From Candidatus Magasanikiibacteriota bacterium (lineage in GTDB: Bacteria; Patescibacteriota; Patescibacteriia; Magasanikbacterales; UBA922), in the NCBI GenBank assembly GCA_018652595.1, contig JABIBU010000008.1, positions 1 through 62,420 of the forward strand: DNA of 62,420 nt, in the 5' to 3' direction. Numbering within the stretch: the first letter of the stretch is position 1; the number at the start of each line of letters is the position of its first letter. Position numbers and translations under genes: made by a program. Shown piece after piece: positions 8,303-16,827 of the stretch. A model generated the notes under the pieces. That model had not been told where the DNA came from, did no database searches, and saw only the letters and a program-made list of their open reading frames with translations.

Positions 8303-10690
8303 ATGAGTAAAACCCTCGTAATAGTAGAGTCCCCTACAAAAGCCAAGACAATTAGCAAATTCCTAGGAAAAGACTTCATGGTAGAGTCTTCTTTTGGGCA
8401 TCTGAGAGACTTGCCAAAGAGCAAGATGGGCATAGATATTGAGGGCGGTACTTTTGAACCGGATTATGTCACTTCTAAGGATCGTGCAAGTCAAGTGAAA
8501 AAATTGAAAGATCTTGCCAAAAAGGCTGACACCATCATATTTGCTACTGATGAAGATAGAGAAGGAGAAGCCATTTCCTGGCATTTGGCATATATTCTAA
8601 AAGTAGACCCAGCGAAGGCTAAGAGGATTGTTTTTCATGAAATTACCAAACATGCTATTGAAGAGGCTTTGAAAAATCCACGTCATATTGACCAAAAGCT
8701 AGTAGATGCTCAGCAAGCTCGCAGAGTATTAGACAGGCTTGTTGGTTATGAATTGTCACCGTTCTTATGGAAAAAGGTTGCTCGAGGTTTATCAGCTGGA
8801 CGTGTTCAGTCTGTAGCTGTGCGATTGACAGTAGAACGCGAACGAGAAAGACAAGCTTTCAAATCTGATGAATATTGGACTGTTGAAGGTACTTTTAATA
8901 AAGAACATGATTTCACAGGCAAGCTTCATTCTATTGATAGTAAAAAATTAGATAAGCTAGAAATAGGCAATGAAAAACAAGTAAACGAAATTGTAAAAGA
9001 TCTAGATGGTGCTGAGTACAAAATTCACAAAATAGAAAAAAAGGAAACCAAGCGTACTCCCACAGCTCCTTTTACTACTTCTACTTTGCAACAGCAATCT
9101 AGTCACAAACTGGGCTATAGCGCCAAGCAGACTATGAGACTAGCTCAGCAACTTTATGAAGGTATAAAAGCTGGTGACGATGATGCCACTGGTCTTATCA
9201 CCTATATGCGTACAGACTCGGTAAACCTGTCTGAAAAATTTGTAAACGAAACAAATGAATTTTTGAAAACAAGTTTTGGCGATAAATATATTCTAGACAA
9301 AGTAAGAACTTTTAAAAATAAATCAAAAGGTGCCCAAGAAGCTCACGAGGCAATCAGACCAACTGACCCTGCTAAGACTCCAGAGTCTCTAGAAGCTCAC
9401 CTGGATCCACAACAATTGAAATTGTACTCTTTGATCTGGAAACGAGCAGTTGCTACACAAATGACTGAAGCAAGACTTAATAAAACAAACTTTGATATTA
9501 CAGCGAAGAAGTATTTATTCCGTGCGACAGGACAGAGCATGGTTTTTGATGGCTGGTTAAAGCTTTATCCTGAGCAAGTGAAGGAAGAGATGCTTCCAGA
9601 GCTAAAGGAAGGTGAAACAGTTGATTGCAAAGAAATAAAACCAGAACAACACTTTACCGAGCCACCTGCTAGATACAGCGATGCTACACTTGTAAAAGCT
9701 CTGGAAGAGCATGGTATTGGTCGTCCTTCTACCTATGCCCCGACTATTGGGACCATTGAAGCGCGTGGTTATGTAGAGCGCGATGACAACAAGCGACTAA
9801 AACCACTTGATATTGCTATGGTAGTGACTGATTTGCTAGTAAATCATGTTTCACAAATTGCTGACTATGAATTTACAGCCATGATGGAAGATAACTTGGA
9901 TCAAATTGCTGAAGGCAAAGAGGATTGGAAACCAATTATCTCAACATTTTATCATCCATTTCATGAAAATCTAGAAAGAAAAACAGAGGAACTAACAAAA
10001 GAAGATACAGTGGCAATGAGAGAAATTGGAACCGATCCAACAACAGGAAAACCAATCTACTCTCGCATTGGACGCTACGGACCATTTGTTCAGCTTGGAT
10101 CAAAGGATGATGAAGAAAAACCAAAGTTTGCCTCTCTAGCAAAAGGACAGAGTGTAGAAACTATTACAATGGAAGAAGCCTTACATCTTCTTACTTTGCC
10201 AAAAATTGTTGGTAATGACGAGGAAGGTAATGATATCACAGTAGACATCGGACGATTTGGTCCTTATGTAAAATTGAAGAGTAAATATTACTCTATCAAA
10301 GAAAAAGATCCATATGAGGTAGATTTGAAAGATGCCTTACAAATAATTGCTGACAAAAAGCAAGAAGAAGCTAATAAAATTATTCAGGAGTGGGAAGGAT
10401 CTGATATTCAAGTTTTGAACGGACGCTATGGACCGTACATAACTAACGGCACAAAGAATGCAAAAATTCCAAAAGACAAAAAACCAGAAGAACTAACAAA
10501 GGAAGAGTGTGAAAAACTAATCGAAGAGGCACCCGAAAAAAGATACGGAAGAAAAAAGGCCGTAAAGAAAGCCCCTGAGAAAGCAGAGAAACCAAAAAAG
10601 AAGACTGCTAAAAAGCCAGCGAAAAAACCAAAGAAGAAAGCAGTGAAGAAGACAGTCAAAAAGATAGAAAAGAAGACAGAAGAAAGCTAA
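8303..10690 (+). CDS. topA: DNA topoisomerase I with Topo-C repeats and Lys-rich tail
   Basis: LVIVESPTKAKTI, DEDREGE, SAGRVQS, ITYMRTDS (catalytic Y), GIGRPSTY; three GR(Y/F)GP(F/Y) repeats instead of Zn ribbons. Confidence 0.98.
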   Translation: MSKTLVIVESPTKAKTISKFLGKDFMVESSFGHLRDLPKSKMGIDIEGGTFEPDYVTSKDRASQVKKLKDLAKKADTIIFATDEDREGEAISWHLAYILKVDPAKAKRIVFHEITKHAIEEALKNPRHIDQKLVDAQQARRVLDRLVGYELSPFLWKKVARGLSAGRVQSVAVRLTVERERERQAFKSDEYWTVEGTFNKEHDFTGKLHSIDSKKLDKLEIGNEKQVNEIVKDLDGAEYKIHKIEKKETKRTPTAPFTTSTLQQQSSHKLGYSAKQTMRLAQQLYEGIKAGDDDATGLITYMRTDSVNLSEKFVNETNEFLKTSFGDKYILDKVRTFKNKSKGAQEAHEAIRPTDPAKTPESLEAHLDPQQLKLYSLIWKRAVATQMTEARLNKTNFDITAKKYLFRATGQSMVFDGWLKLYPEQVKEEMLPELKEGETVDCKEIKPEQHFTEPPARYSDATLVKALEEHGIGRPSTYAPTIGTIEARGYVERDDNKRLKPLDIAMVVTDLLVNHVSQIADYEFTAMMEDNLDQIAEGKEDWKPIISTFYHPFHENLERKTEELTKEDTVAMREIGTDPTTGKPIYSRIGRYGPFVQLGSKDDEEKPKFASLAKGQSVETITMEEALHLLTLPKIVGNDEEGNDITVDIGRFGPYVKLKSKYYSIKEKDPYEVDLKDALQIIADKKQEEANKIIQEWEGSDIQVLNGRYGPYITNGTKNAKIPKDKKPEELTKEECEKLIEEAPEKRYGRKKAVKKAPEKAEKPKKKTAKKPAKKPKKKAVKKTVKKIEKKTEES

Positions 10691-10694
10691 TAAA

Positions 10695-10723
10695 AAAATC
10701 CCGCTGATATGGCGGGGTTTTTG
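10695..10723 (+). terminator. Intrinsic terminator after topA
   Basis: CCCGC-TGATATG-GCGGG stem flanked by A- and T-tracts. Confidence 0.8.
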
Positions 10724-10728
10724 TATGC

Positions 10729-10844
10729 GTCATTGCGAGGAATCCTGATGAAATACAGGATAACGCAGCAATCTCAGCCATCAACACATTAGTCGTTCAA
10801 AGCATGGGATTGCTTCGTCGTGTATTCTCACTTCTCGCAATGAC
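10729..10844. repeat. GTCATTGCGAG element, copy 2
   Basis: GTCATTGCGAGG...CTCGCAATGAC; internal homology to 192-307. Confidence 0.85.
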
Positions 10845-10854
10845 ACTACTGCAA

Positions 10855-10951
10855 TAAAAAAACCATCCTTCTCAGGATAGTCTCTCTAGACAGCAGGGAG
10901 GAGGTAACCTCAATGCCATTGGTAATATAAAGGCTCTCGACCCGCTGTCAT
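10855..10951 (-). ncRNA. Candidate small RNA or 13-codon leaderless ORF (RNA1)
   Basis: Promoter TTGATT(10984-10979)-17-TATAGT(10961-10956); 5' GACAGCGGG pairs with CCCTGCTGTC; terminator ACTATCCT/AGGATGGT plus U-tract. Confidence 0.4.
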
Positions 10952-11011
10952 ATAAACTATATAGCAAAGATACTGAAAAATCAAGGTTTTTGCTCAAATT
11001 TGGCTAAAACA

Positions 11012-11081
11012 AAAGAAAAACTCCCGTCTTACGACTGGAGTTTTCCTTAGGCCTTGAAAGTACCTAACCTTTATATTACCT
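11012..11081 (-). ncRNA. Candidate small RNA (RNA2)
   Basis: Consensus promoter TTGACA(11115-11110)-17-TGn-TATAAT(11092-11087), then about 70 nt ending in terminator GAAAACTCC..GGAGTTTTTC; no ATG. Confidence 0.5.
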
Positions 11082-11219
11082 ACTGTATTATAGCACATTT
11101 TGGCACTTTTGTCAAGATCTCTTAGTAAATGTCCCTCCCCTACGATAGGAGGGATTAAAAAACTTGCATTTTTACGCAAAAAATGGGAGAATAAGTAGTA
11201 CAAATAATATCATCCAAAT

Positions 11220-12695
11220 ATGGGCAAAAAACCAACAATTGAATCCCTTGTAAAGAAAGTCGGCAACTACGCACCAGATGCTGATTTGGATTTACTAAAA
11301 CTAGCATATGACTTTGCTGATTCTGCCCATAAGGGACAAAAAAGAAAATCCGGCGAACCATACATTATCCACCCACTAGCAACCGCCCATATACTGGCTG
11401 ATCTTAGAATTGATGTTGCCATTGTGATGGCGGCACTCCTGCACGATGTCCCAGAAGACACCAAGGTTACATTGGAAGAAGTAGAAAAAAACTTTGGCCC
11501 AGAAGTTGCTAGCATGGTAAAAGGTATTACCAAACTAGGAAAACTAAAATATCGCGGGGTAGAAAGATATATTGAAAATCTAAGAAAGATGTTTGTCGCC
11601 ATGGCCGAAGACATTCGTGTTATGATTTTGAAATTTGCTGACCGTATTCACAATCTGAGCACACTAGATGCCCTACCACCACAAAAGCGTTATCGTATTG
11701 CACTCGAGAGTCTAGAAATTTACGCCCCAATTGCTGGTAGACTTGGTATGGATGAATTTAAAGGGCGCTTGGAAGATCTATCATTTCAATACGTTTATCC
11801 AAAAGAATTTCAAAAAGCAAAAAAGATTAGGGACGAAAGACTAGAAGGAAAAGAAGTATTTATAGAAAATATTCAAAAAACTGCCAAAAAGGAATTGGAG
11901 GCAGCTGGAGTAAAAATTAACTTTATCCACGGCAGAAAAAAACGCCTCTACAGCTTTCACATGAAGCTGCAACGCAAAAATAATGAAACTGCAAAAATAT
12001 ATGACATGGTGGCTTTGCGTATTATAGTCCCTACTATTGCCGACTGCTATGCTGCCTTAGGAATTCTACATACCATTTGGAAGCCGATGAAAGGAAGAAT
12101 TAAAGACTATATTTCTCAGCCAAAGCCAAATGGTTATCAATCTCTGCACACTACTGTATTATCTGATACAGGAGAAATTGTAGAATTTCAAATTCGTACT
12201 ACTGACATGCACGAAGAAGCCGAGTTTGGTGCGGCTGCCCACTGGCACTATGATGAGACTGGAGCAAAGCGACCAGCCAAAAAAATCCAATGGGTAAAAG
12301 AACTGGCTGAAATACAAAAAGATGTTTTGAATAAATTGTCAGACTTGGAAGAAATAAAAGTAGACTTCCTCCAATCCCGTATTTTCGTCTTCACCCCAAA
12401 GGGCGATGTGATAGACCTACCAGAAAATGCTACACCAGTAGACTTTGCTTATCACATCCACACAGAGGTAGGTAATAAATGCAATGGAGCTATAGTAAAC
12501 GAACAAATGACCAGCTTAGACACAGGACTAAAAAATGGCGACGTAGTAGAAATTCTAACCGATAAAAATCGCAAAGGCCCCTCCAGAGACTGGCTCAAGT
12601 TTGTAAAAACCCACACCGCCAAAGGACATATTAATAATTACTTGAAGAGTCAAGGTGGTTTGCTTCCGGCTTGGTTTAAGAAAAATAAAGAATAA
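11220..12695 (+). CDS. rel: RelA/SpoT homolog (HD + SYNTH + TGS, no ACT domain)
   Basis: RKSGEPYI.HP, LLHDVPED, KFADRIHN, RIKDY (RxKD), PKPNGYQSLHT, EFQIRT, TGS motif TPVDFAY.IHTEVG. Confidence 0.93.
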   Translation: MGKKPTIESLVKKVGNYAPDADLDLLKLAYDFADSAHKGQKRKSGEPYIIHPLATAHILADLRIDVAIVMAALLHDVPEDTKVTLEEVEKNFGPEVASMVKGITKLGKLKYRGVERYIENLRKMFVAMAEDIRVMILKFADRIHNLSTLDALPPQKRYRIALESLEIYAPIAGRLGMDEFKGRLEDLSFQYVYPKEFQKAKKIRDERLEGKEVFIENIQKTAKKELEAAGVKINFIHGRKKRLYSFHMKLQRKNNETAKIYDMVALRIIVPTIADCYAALGILHTIWKPMKGRIKDYISQPKPNGYQSLHTTVLSDTGEIVEFQIRTTDMHEEAEFGAAAHWHYDETGAKRPAKKIQWVKELAEIQKDVLNKLSDLEEIKVDFLQSRIFVFTPKGDVIDLPENATPVDFAYHIHTEVGNKCNGAIVNEQMTSLDTGLKNGDVVEILTDKNRKGPSRDWLKFVKTHTAKGHINNYLKSQGGLLPAWFKKNKE

Positions 12696-12800
12696 CTCAG
12701 CCATAAGTCATAAGCTATAAGTTGTGATTGGAAGTTTTTAATAAAACACTAAAAAACCCGCCTACTTGGCGGGTTTTTTAATATATAATTTATCGATTTT

Positions 12801-13346
12801 TTATTTACTAAGCCTAACACTGTTAATAATTTGGAAGGCAATATCCTTATTAGACACCCAAACATCCTCATAATCAATTACAGTACAACCATGAATAGAA
12901 TCATCTATTCCAGACACCGCAACAAAAGCAATTTCTGGTTGGTTAAGTTTGTTCATACCATCATAGCGCACCAATCTACTACCATATACTTCATCAATAA
13001 TTTCTGATTTTAGCCCAAGCCAATTACGTGAGGAAAGATCACATCTACCAATATCATGAAAACGTCCATCTAGATAGGTAATACTAACTACAGCATGGTC
13101 ATCAATTGGCTGTCTTATTTCCATTAGACCGCCACTCTCATTGGTAATCGTTCTCCAATCCTCTGGATAGTCGATAACAAAAAGTCTATTTATGTGAGTT
13201 TTAGTTAGAATTGAGGATTTTTCTTTTGGTGTTTCTTTTAAGTTATTTTTTATTGTTGAATATTTATTTTGCCAAAGATAAACACCGCCTCCTACAACGA
13301 TAGTTGTAATTACCACAGCAATAATAATTTTCCATGTTTGAGACAT
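12801..13346 (-). CDS. Hypothetical membrane-anchored/secreted protein (possibly PsbP-like fold)
   Basis: N-terminal hydrophobic segment IIIAVVITTIVVGGGVYLW; F.IDYP.DW motif. Confidence 0.65.
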   Translation of the reverse strand: MSQTWKIIIAVVITTIVVGGGVYLWQNKYSTIKNNLKETPKEKSSILTKTHINRLFVIDYPEDWRTITNESGGLMEIRQPIDDHAVVSITYLDGRFHDIGRCDLSSRNWLGLKSEIIDEVYGSRLVRYDGMNKLNQPEIAFVAVSGIDDSIHGCTVIDYEDVWVSNKDIAFQIINSVRLSK

Positions 13347-13404
13347 AAATTTTATTATAAGTTTGGCGAATTAAATAATTATAAATTTTATTATTCCTTA
13401 TCAC

Positions 13405-14265
13405 CTAAGATAATTCCGAAATCAATTTCTTTAGCTCGTCCTTAGAATAATAATCAATCACAATTGTTCCCTTGTCTCCCCGTCCTGTAATATGAACCTT
13501 GGTGCCGAGACGGTCTTCTAAGAGCTGTTCTGAGGCGACTAGATTGGGATCACGGCGGACTGAGCCCTTACGAGATTGTGACCCCTTTGATGCCACAGTA
13601 CGCTCTACATCACGCACAGTCATACTCTCCCCCATCATACTGTCGAAAACTTGCTTTTGTTCCTTTTCATCTTTTAAACTTAATAACGCCTTGGCCTTAC
13701 CAGCACTGAGCTTGCCGTCAACTAAAGCTTTTTGGACTTCTTCTGGAAGATCCAGTAAGCGAACAAAATTAGCAACAGTAGAACGGGCCTTACCAACTTG
13801 CTCAGCTACTTCTTCTTGGGTCAAACCAAACTCATCCATTAGTCGGGCGTATGCAAAAGCTTCTTCAATTGGGTTTAGATTCTGTCTTTGGATATTCTCA
13901 ATCAATGCTAATTCTAACTTTTCTTGCTGAGTAGCACTGCGAACCAAAGCTGGCACAGTGGCAAGCCCAGCAATCTGAGAAGCACGAAGGCGTCTCTCCC
14001 CTGCTATTAGCTCATAACCACCATCGTCTTTTTCTGTTACTGTTATTGGTTGCAAGATACCGTGTTTTTTTATTGATACTACAAGATTTTCCAAATCTTG
14101 ATGCGAAAAATCACGCCGAGGTTGCTCGGTGTTTGGTACTATTTCTGACAGAGGAATCTGCCAGACCTTTTCTCCGCTATCGCCATTGTTACCAGTCTGC
14201 TTGCGAATAGTCTTGCGAGATTTATTTTGTGGAATCAAAGAGTTGAGTCCTTTGCCTAAAGCCAT
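13405..14265 (-). CDS. parB: Chromosome partitioning protein ParB/Spo0J
   Basis: PN.EQPR..F, GILQPI, ELIAGERRLRA, ALIENIQR.NLNPIEEA, HTH. Confidence 0.96.
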   Translation of the reverse strand: MALGKGLNSLIPQNKSRKTIRKQTGNNGDSGEKVWQIPLSEIVPNTEQPRRDFSHQDLENLVVSIKKHGILQPITVTEKDDGGYELIAGERRLRASQIAGLATVPALVRSATQQEKLELALIENIQRQNLNPIEEAFAYARLMDEFGLTQEEVAEQVGKARSTVANFVRLLDLPEEVQKALVDGKLSAGKAKALLSLKDEKEQKQVFDSMMGESMTVRDVERTVASKGSQSRKGSVRRDPNLVASEQLLEDRLGTKVHITGRGDKGTIVIDYYSKDELKKLISELS

Positions 14266-14296
14266 ATTATATTAAGTTACAAGTATTTTTATTTTG

Positions 14297-14397
14297 TGTC
14301 ATTACGAGAAGTCCCGACGAAGTAATCTCAGTGTACCAGCAACGTAATTAATAAACTGGGATTGCCGCGTCATTGCTACGCATTCCTCGCAATGACA
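14297..14397. repeat. GTCATTRCGAG element, copy 3 (between parA and parB)
   Basis: TGTCATTACGAG...CTCGCAATGACA. Confidence 0.85.
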
Positions 14398-14414
14398 GAA
14401 TTCTTTTTTTATTT

Positions 14415-15182
14415 TTAAACCGAATGTTTTTCCAAAATTTCCCTCGCCAACCTCTCATAAGCTCTTGCACCTTTTCCTTTTGGATCGTAATGCAAAATTG
14501 ACTTACCAAAACTAGGTGCCTCGGCTAAACGAACTGTACGAGGAATAACCGTGCGGAAAATTGTATCTGGAAAATATTTATAAAGCTCATCCATTACATC
14601 ACCCGAAAGTCTGGTGCGCTTGTCAAACATGGTGATAACCGCTCCCAAAACACTCAGCTCTGGCTTGATATGTTCTTGGATAAGTCCAATGGTCTGCAAA
14701 AGCTGTCCCAAACCCTCTAAGGCATAATATTCAGACTGGACTGGAATAAGAAGCTCGTCAGCGGCCACTAGACTGTTGATAGTGAGAAGTCCTAAAGATG
14801 GCGGGCAATCAATTATAATATAATCATACGCATGCTTTACCTCTTCTAATAGATCATGAAGCTGAAACTCACGGCGTTCCATATCTACCAACTCAATATT
14901 TGCCCCAGCTAAATCTGGAGTGCTTGGTGCGACTCTTAATCCTTCGTGGGCAGTATTTACAATAATATCATGTAATCGCTTTTTTTTGGATAGAGCTTCA
15001 TAAATACCATGTGACAAATCCTCACGACTAAAGCCCAATCCACTAGAAGCATTACCCTGAGAATCCATATCCACCAGCAACACAAAATTGCCCAGCTCTG
15101 CCAAATAAGCAGCCAGGTTCATGGCAGTAGTGGTCTTCCCCACTCCTCCTTTTTGATTTACTACGGATATTACACGAGCCAT
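14415..15182 (-). CDS. parA: Chromosome partitioning ATPase ParA/Soj
   Basis: NQKGGVGKTTT deviant Walker A, VDMDSQGNAS, IDCPPSLG, PVQSEYYALEG, LAEAPS.G. Confidence 0.97.
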   Translation of the reverse strand: MARVISVVNQKGGVGKTTTAMNLAAYLAELGNFVLLVDMDSQGNASSGLGFSREDLSHGIYEALSKKKRLHDIIVNTAHEGLRVAPSTPDLAGANIELVDMERREFQLHDLLEEVKHAYDYIIIDCPPSLGLLTINSLVAADELLIPVQSEYYALEGLGQLLQTIGLIQEHIKPELSVLGAVITMFDKRTRLSGDVMDELYKYFPDTIFRTVIPRTVRLAEAPSFGKSILHYDPKGKGARAYERLAREILEKHSV

Positions 15183-15354
15183 AAAGCATTGATTTAAACT
15201 GATTTTAACCCCAAAATAACCTTATATAAATAATCAGTTTTAATCTGTATTAATCAATGCTTATTATAGCACATATTGACAAAAAGATGAATATTTTGTA
15301 TAATGTATACGTTATTTATAAGCTCAAGTGCATAAGTATTATATAAAAAACTAC

Positions 15355-15603
15355 ATGTTTTACATATATATACTAAGATTATCTAACGAAGATTTATATA
15401 TAGGCCGAACAGATGACCTAAAGAGGAGGTATAGCGAACACCAACAAGGAAAAGTGAAATCAACCAAAAATTATAGACCTTTAAAATTGATCCATTACGA
15501 AGCTTTCTCAAACAAAAAAGATACCACAAGAAGAGAAGGCTATTTAAAAACTAGCACAGGAAAAAGGATGTTAAAATTAATGATAAAAGAATCATTAAAA
15601 TAA
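15355..15603 (+). CDS. Small GIY-YIG nuclease (UPF0213-like); probable start at ATG 15355
   Basis: YIYIL....LYIG.TDDL.RR..EH..G....TK..RP..L..YE.F......RE..LK motif; promoter TTGACA-17-TATAAT at 15277-15305. Confidence 0.88.
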   Translation: MFYIYILRLSNEDLYIGRTDDLKRRYSEHQQGKVKSTKNYRPLKLIHYEAFSNKKDTTRREGYLKTSTGKRMLKLMIKESLK

Positions 15604-15685
15604 GCCGCTGTGGTGAAATTGGTAGACACGCACGACTCAAAATCGTGTGAGGCAACTCATGTCGGTTCGATTCCGACCAGCGGCA
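15604..15685 (+). tRNA. tRNA-Leu(CAA)
   Basis: GCCGCTG/CAGCGGC acceptor, CACGA-CT-CAA-AA-TCGTG anticodon arm, long variable arm, GTTCGATTC; CCA not encoded. Confidence 0.95.
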
Positions 15686-15688
15686 CAA

Positions 15689-15816
15689 GTATACACGACT
15701 CACCCACGAAGTAGAGCAGAGCTCACTTCGGGGTGTCCAGCAGTGAGCCCTGCTCTACTGCAGGACAAAATCGTGTTCCTTCGGGAGTGAGAGTTCGATT
15801 CTCTCCTCGGGCACCA
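15689..15816 (+). pseudogene. 5'-truncated second tRNA-Leu(CAA) with a 65-nt hairpin insertion in the anticodon loop
   Basis: GTATA-CACGA-CT-[15701-15765]-CAA-AA-TCGTG, UUCG variable arm, GAGAG-TTCGATT-CTCTC, CTCGGGC-A-CCA; no matching 5' acceptor strand. Confidence 0.8.
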
Positions 15817-15827
15817 CTTAAGAAAGT

Positions 15828-16793
15828 ATGAACTTCTTTGATATACTAATTATCCTACTTATCACAATAACTGCCTTACCTGCGGTTATTTTGTTATATT
15901 CCAGAAACCAAAGGAGGCACTCTTGGGAGCACAAAAATAAAAACTTAAGTTTAATCTTAGCTTTGATTTTGTTATTGGGAACGTGCATAGTCACTTATGG
16001 AAGTTTTATTGAGCCAAATTTGGTTGTTACCAATTACCAAGAAGTTGATCTAGAAAATATTGAACCCCCTATCAAAATTGCAGTGATATCAGATTTTCAG
16101 GTAGGTTATTTCAAAAAAGAAAAATACGTAGAAAAAGTAGCAAATAGAATATTGAATTTAAATCCTGACCTGGTATTTATTGTTGGTGACGTAGTGGATA
16201 ATGCTGTTTATGTAGAAGGTGAAGCAAAGTATCTAAGCCCCATGAAAAAAGTAGCTGATATTATTCCAACTTACGCCATTCATGGAAATCATGAATATGG
16301 TATTGGTGGAGGTAAGTCTATTTTAGACCCAAATTACAGGACTAGCAACGTAAGTGCTGAGACAAAAGAAATAGTTGAATCTTTTGGAATAAAATATTTG
16401 GTAAATGATCTGGAAAAAATTGCAGTTGAGGATGAGGAACTTTATCTATTTGGCGGAGACTCTATCTGGGCAGGAAAGCTGGACTATTCAGCTTTGAATA
16501 ACAGAACAGAGGACTTGGCAACCATAGCCCTCATACACAATCCTTTGGCCACTTTTCAGGCCCACAAACACAATATTGACCTAATGCTATCAGGCCACAC
16601 CCATGGTGGACAAATCAGACTACCTTTTATTGGTCCTATCGGAAGAGTAGACGACATTTTACCAGCCGAGTGGTATCAAGGTTGGAATGAATTTGAAGAA
16701 ATGAAATTTTTTGTAAGCTCTGGAATTGGTGAGTCTGGCACTAGGGCGAGATTATTTAATCCTCCGGAGATTGTGATTATGACTGTAAAGTAA
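15828..16793 (+). CDS. Membrane-anchored metallophosphoesterase (YkuE-like)
   Basis: Two N-terminal TMs; ISDFQ, GDVVD, GNHE, LIHNP, GHTHGGQ motifs. Confidence 0.9.
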   Translation: MNFFDILIILLITITALPAVILLYSRNQRRHSWEHKNKNLSLILALILLLGTCIVTYGSFIEPNLVVTNYQEVDLENIEPPIKIAVISDFQVGYFKKEKYVEKVANRILNLNPDLVFIVGDVVDNAVYVEGEAKYLSPMKKVADIIPTYAIHGNHEYGIGGGKSILDPNYRTSNVSAETKEIVESFGIKYLVNDLEKIAVEDEELYLFGGDSIWAGKLDYSALNNRTEDLATIALIHNPLATFQAHKHNIDLMLSGHTHGGQIRLPFIGPIGRVDDILPAEWYQGWNEFEEMKFFVSSGIGESGTRARLFNPPEIVIMTVK

Positions 16794-16827
16794 TTTGGGG
16801 TTTTTAATTCAAAGTAAAAACCGCCAG

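Noticed and set aside
10994-11203. 69-aa minus-strand ORF in the topA-rel gap
   Set aside because: Crosses a terminator-like hairpin, a consensus promoter and a terminator; no start context.
15689-15816. Cis-spliced or alternative 3' half for the intact tRNA-Leu
   Set aside because: Acceptor strands GCCGCTG and CTCGGGC pair at only 4 of 7 positions; the insert is too short for a self-splicing intron and has no clear bulge-helix-bulge.
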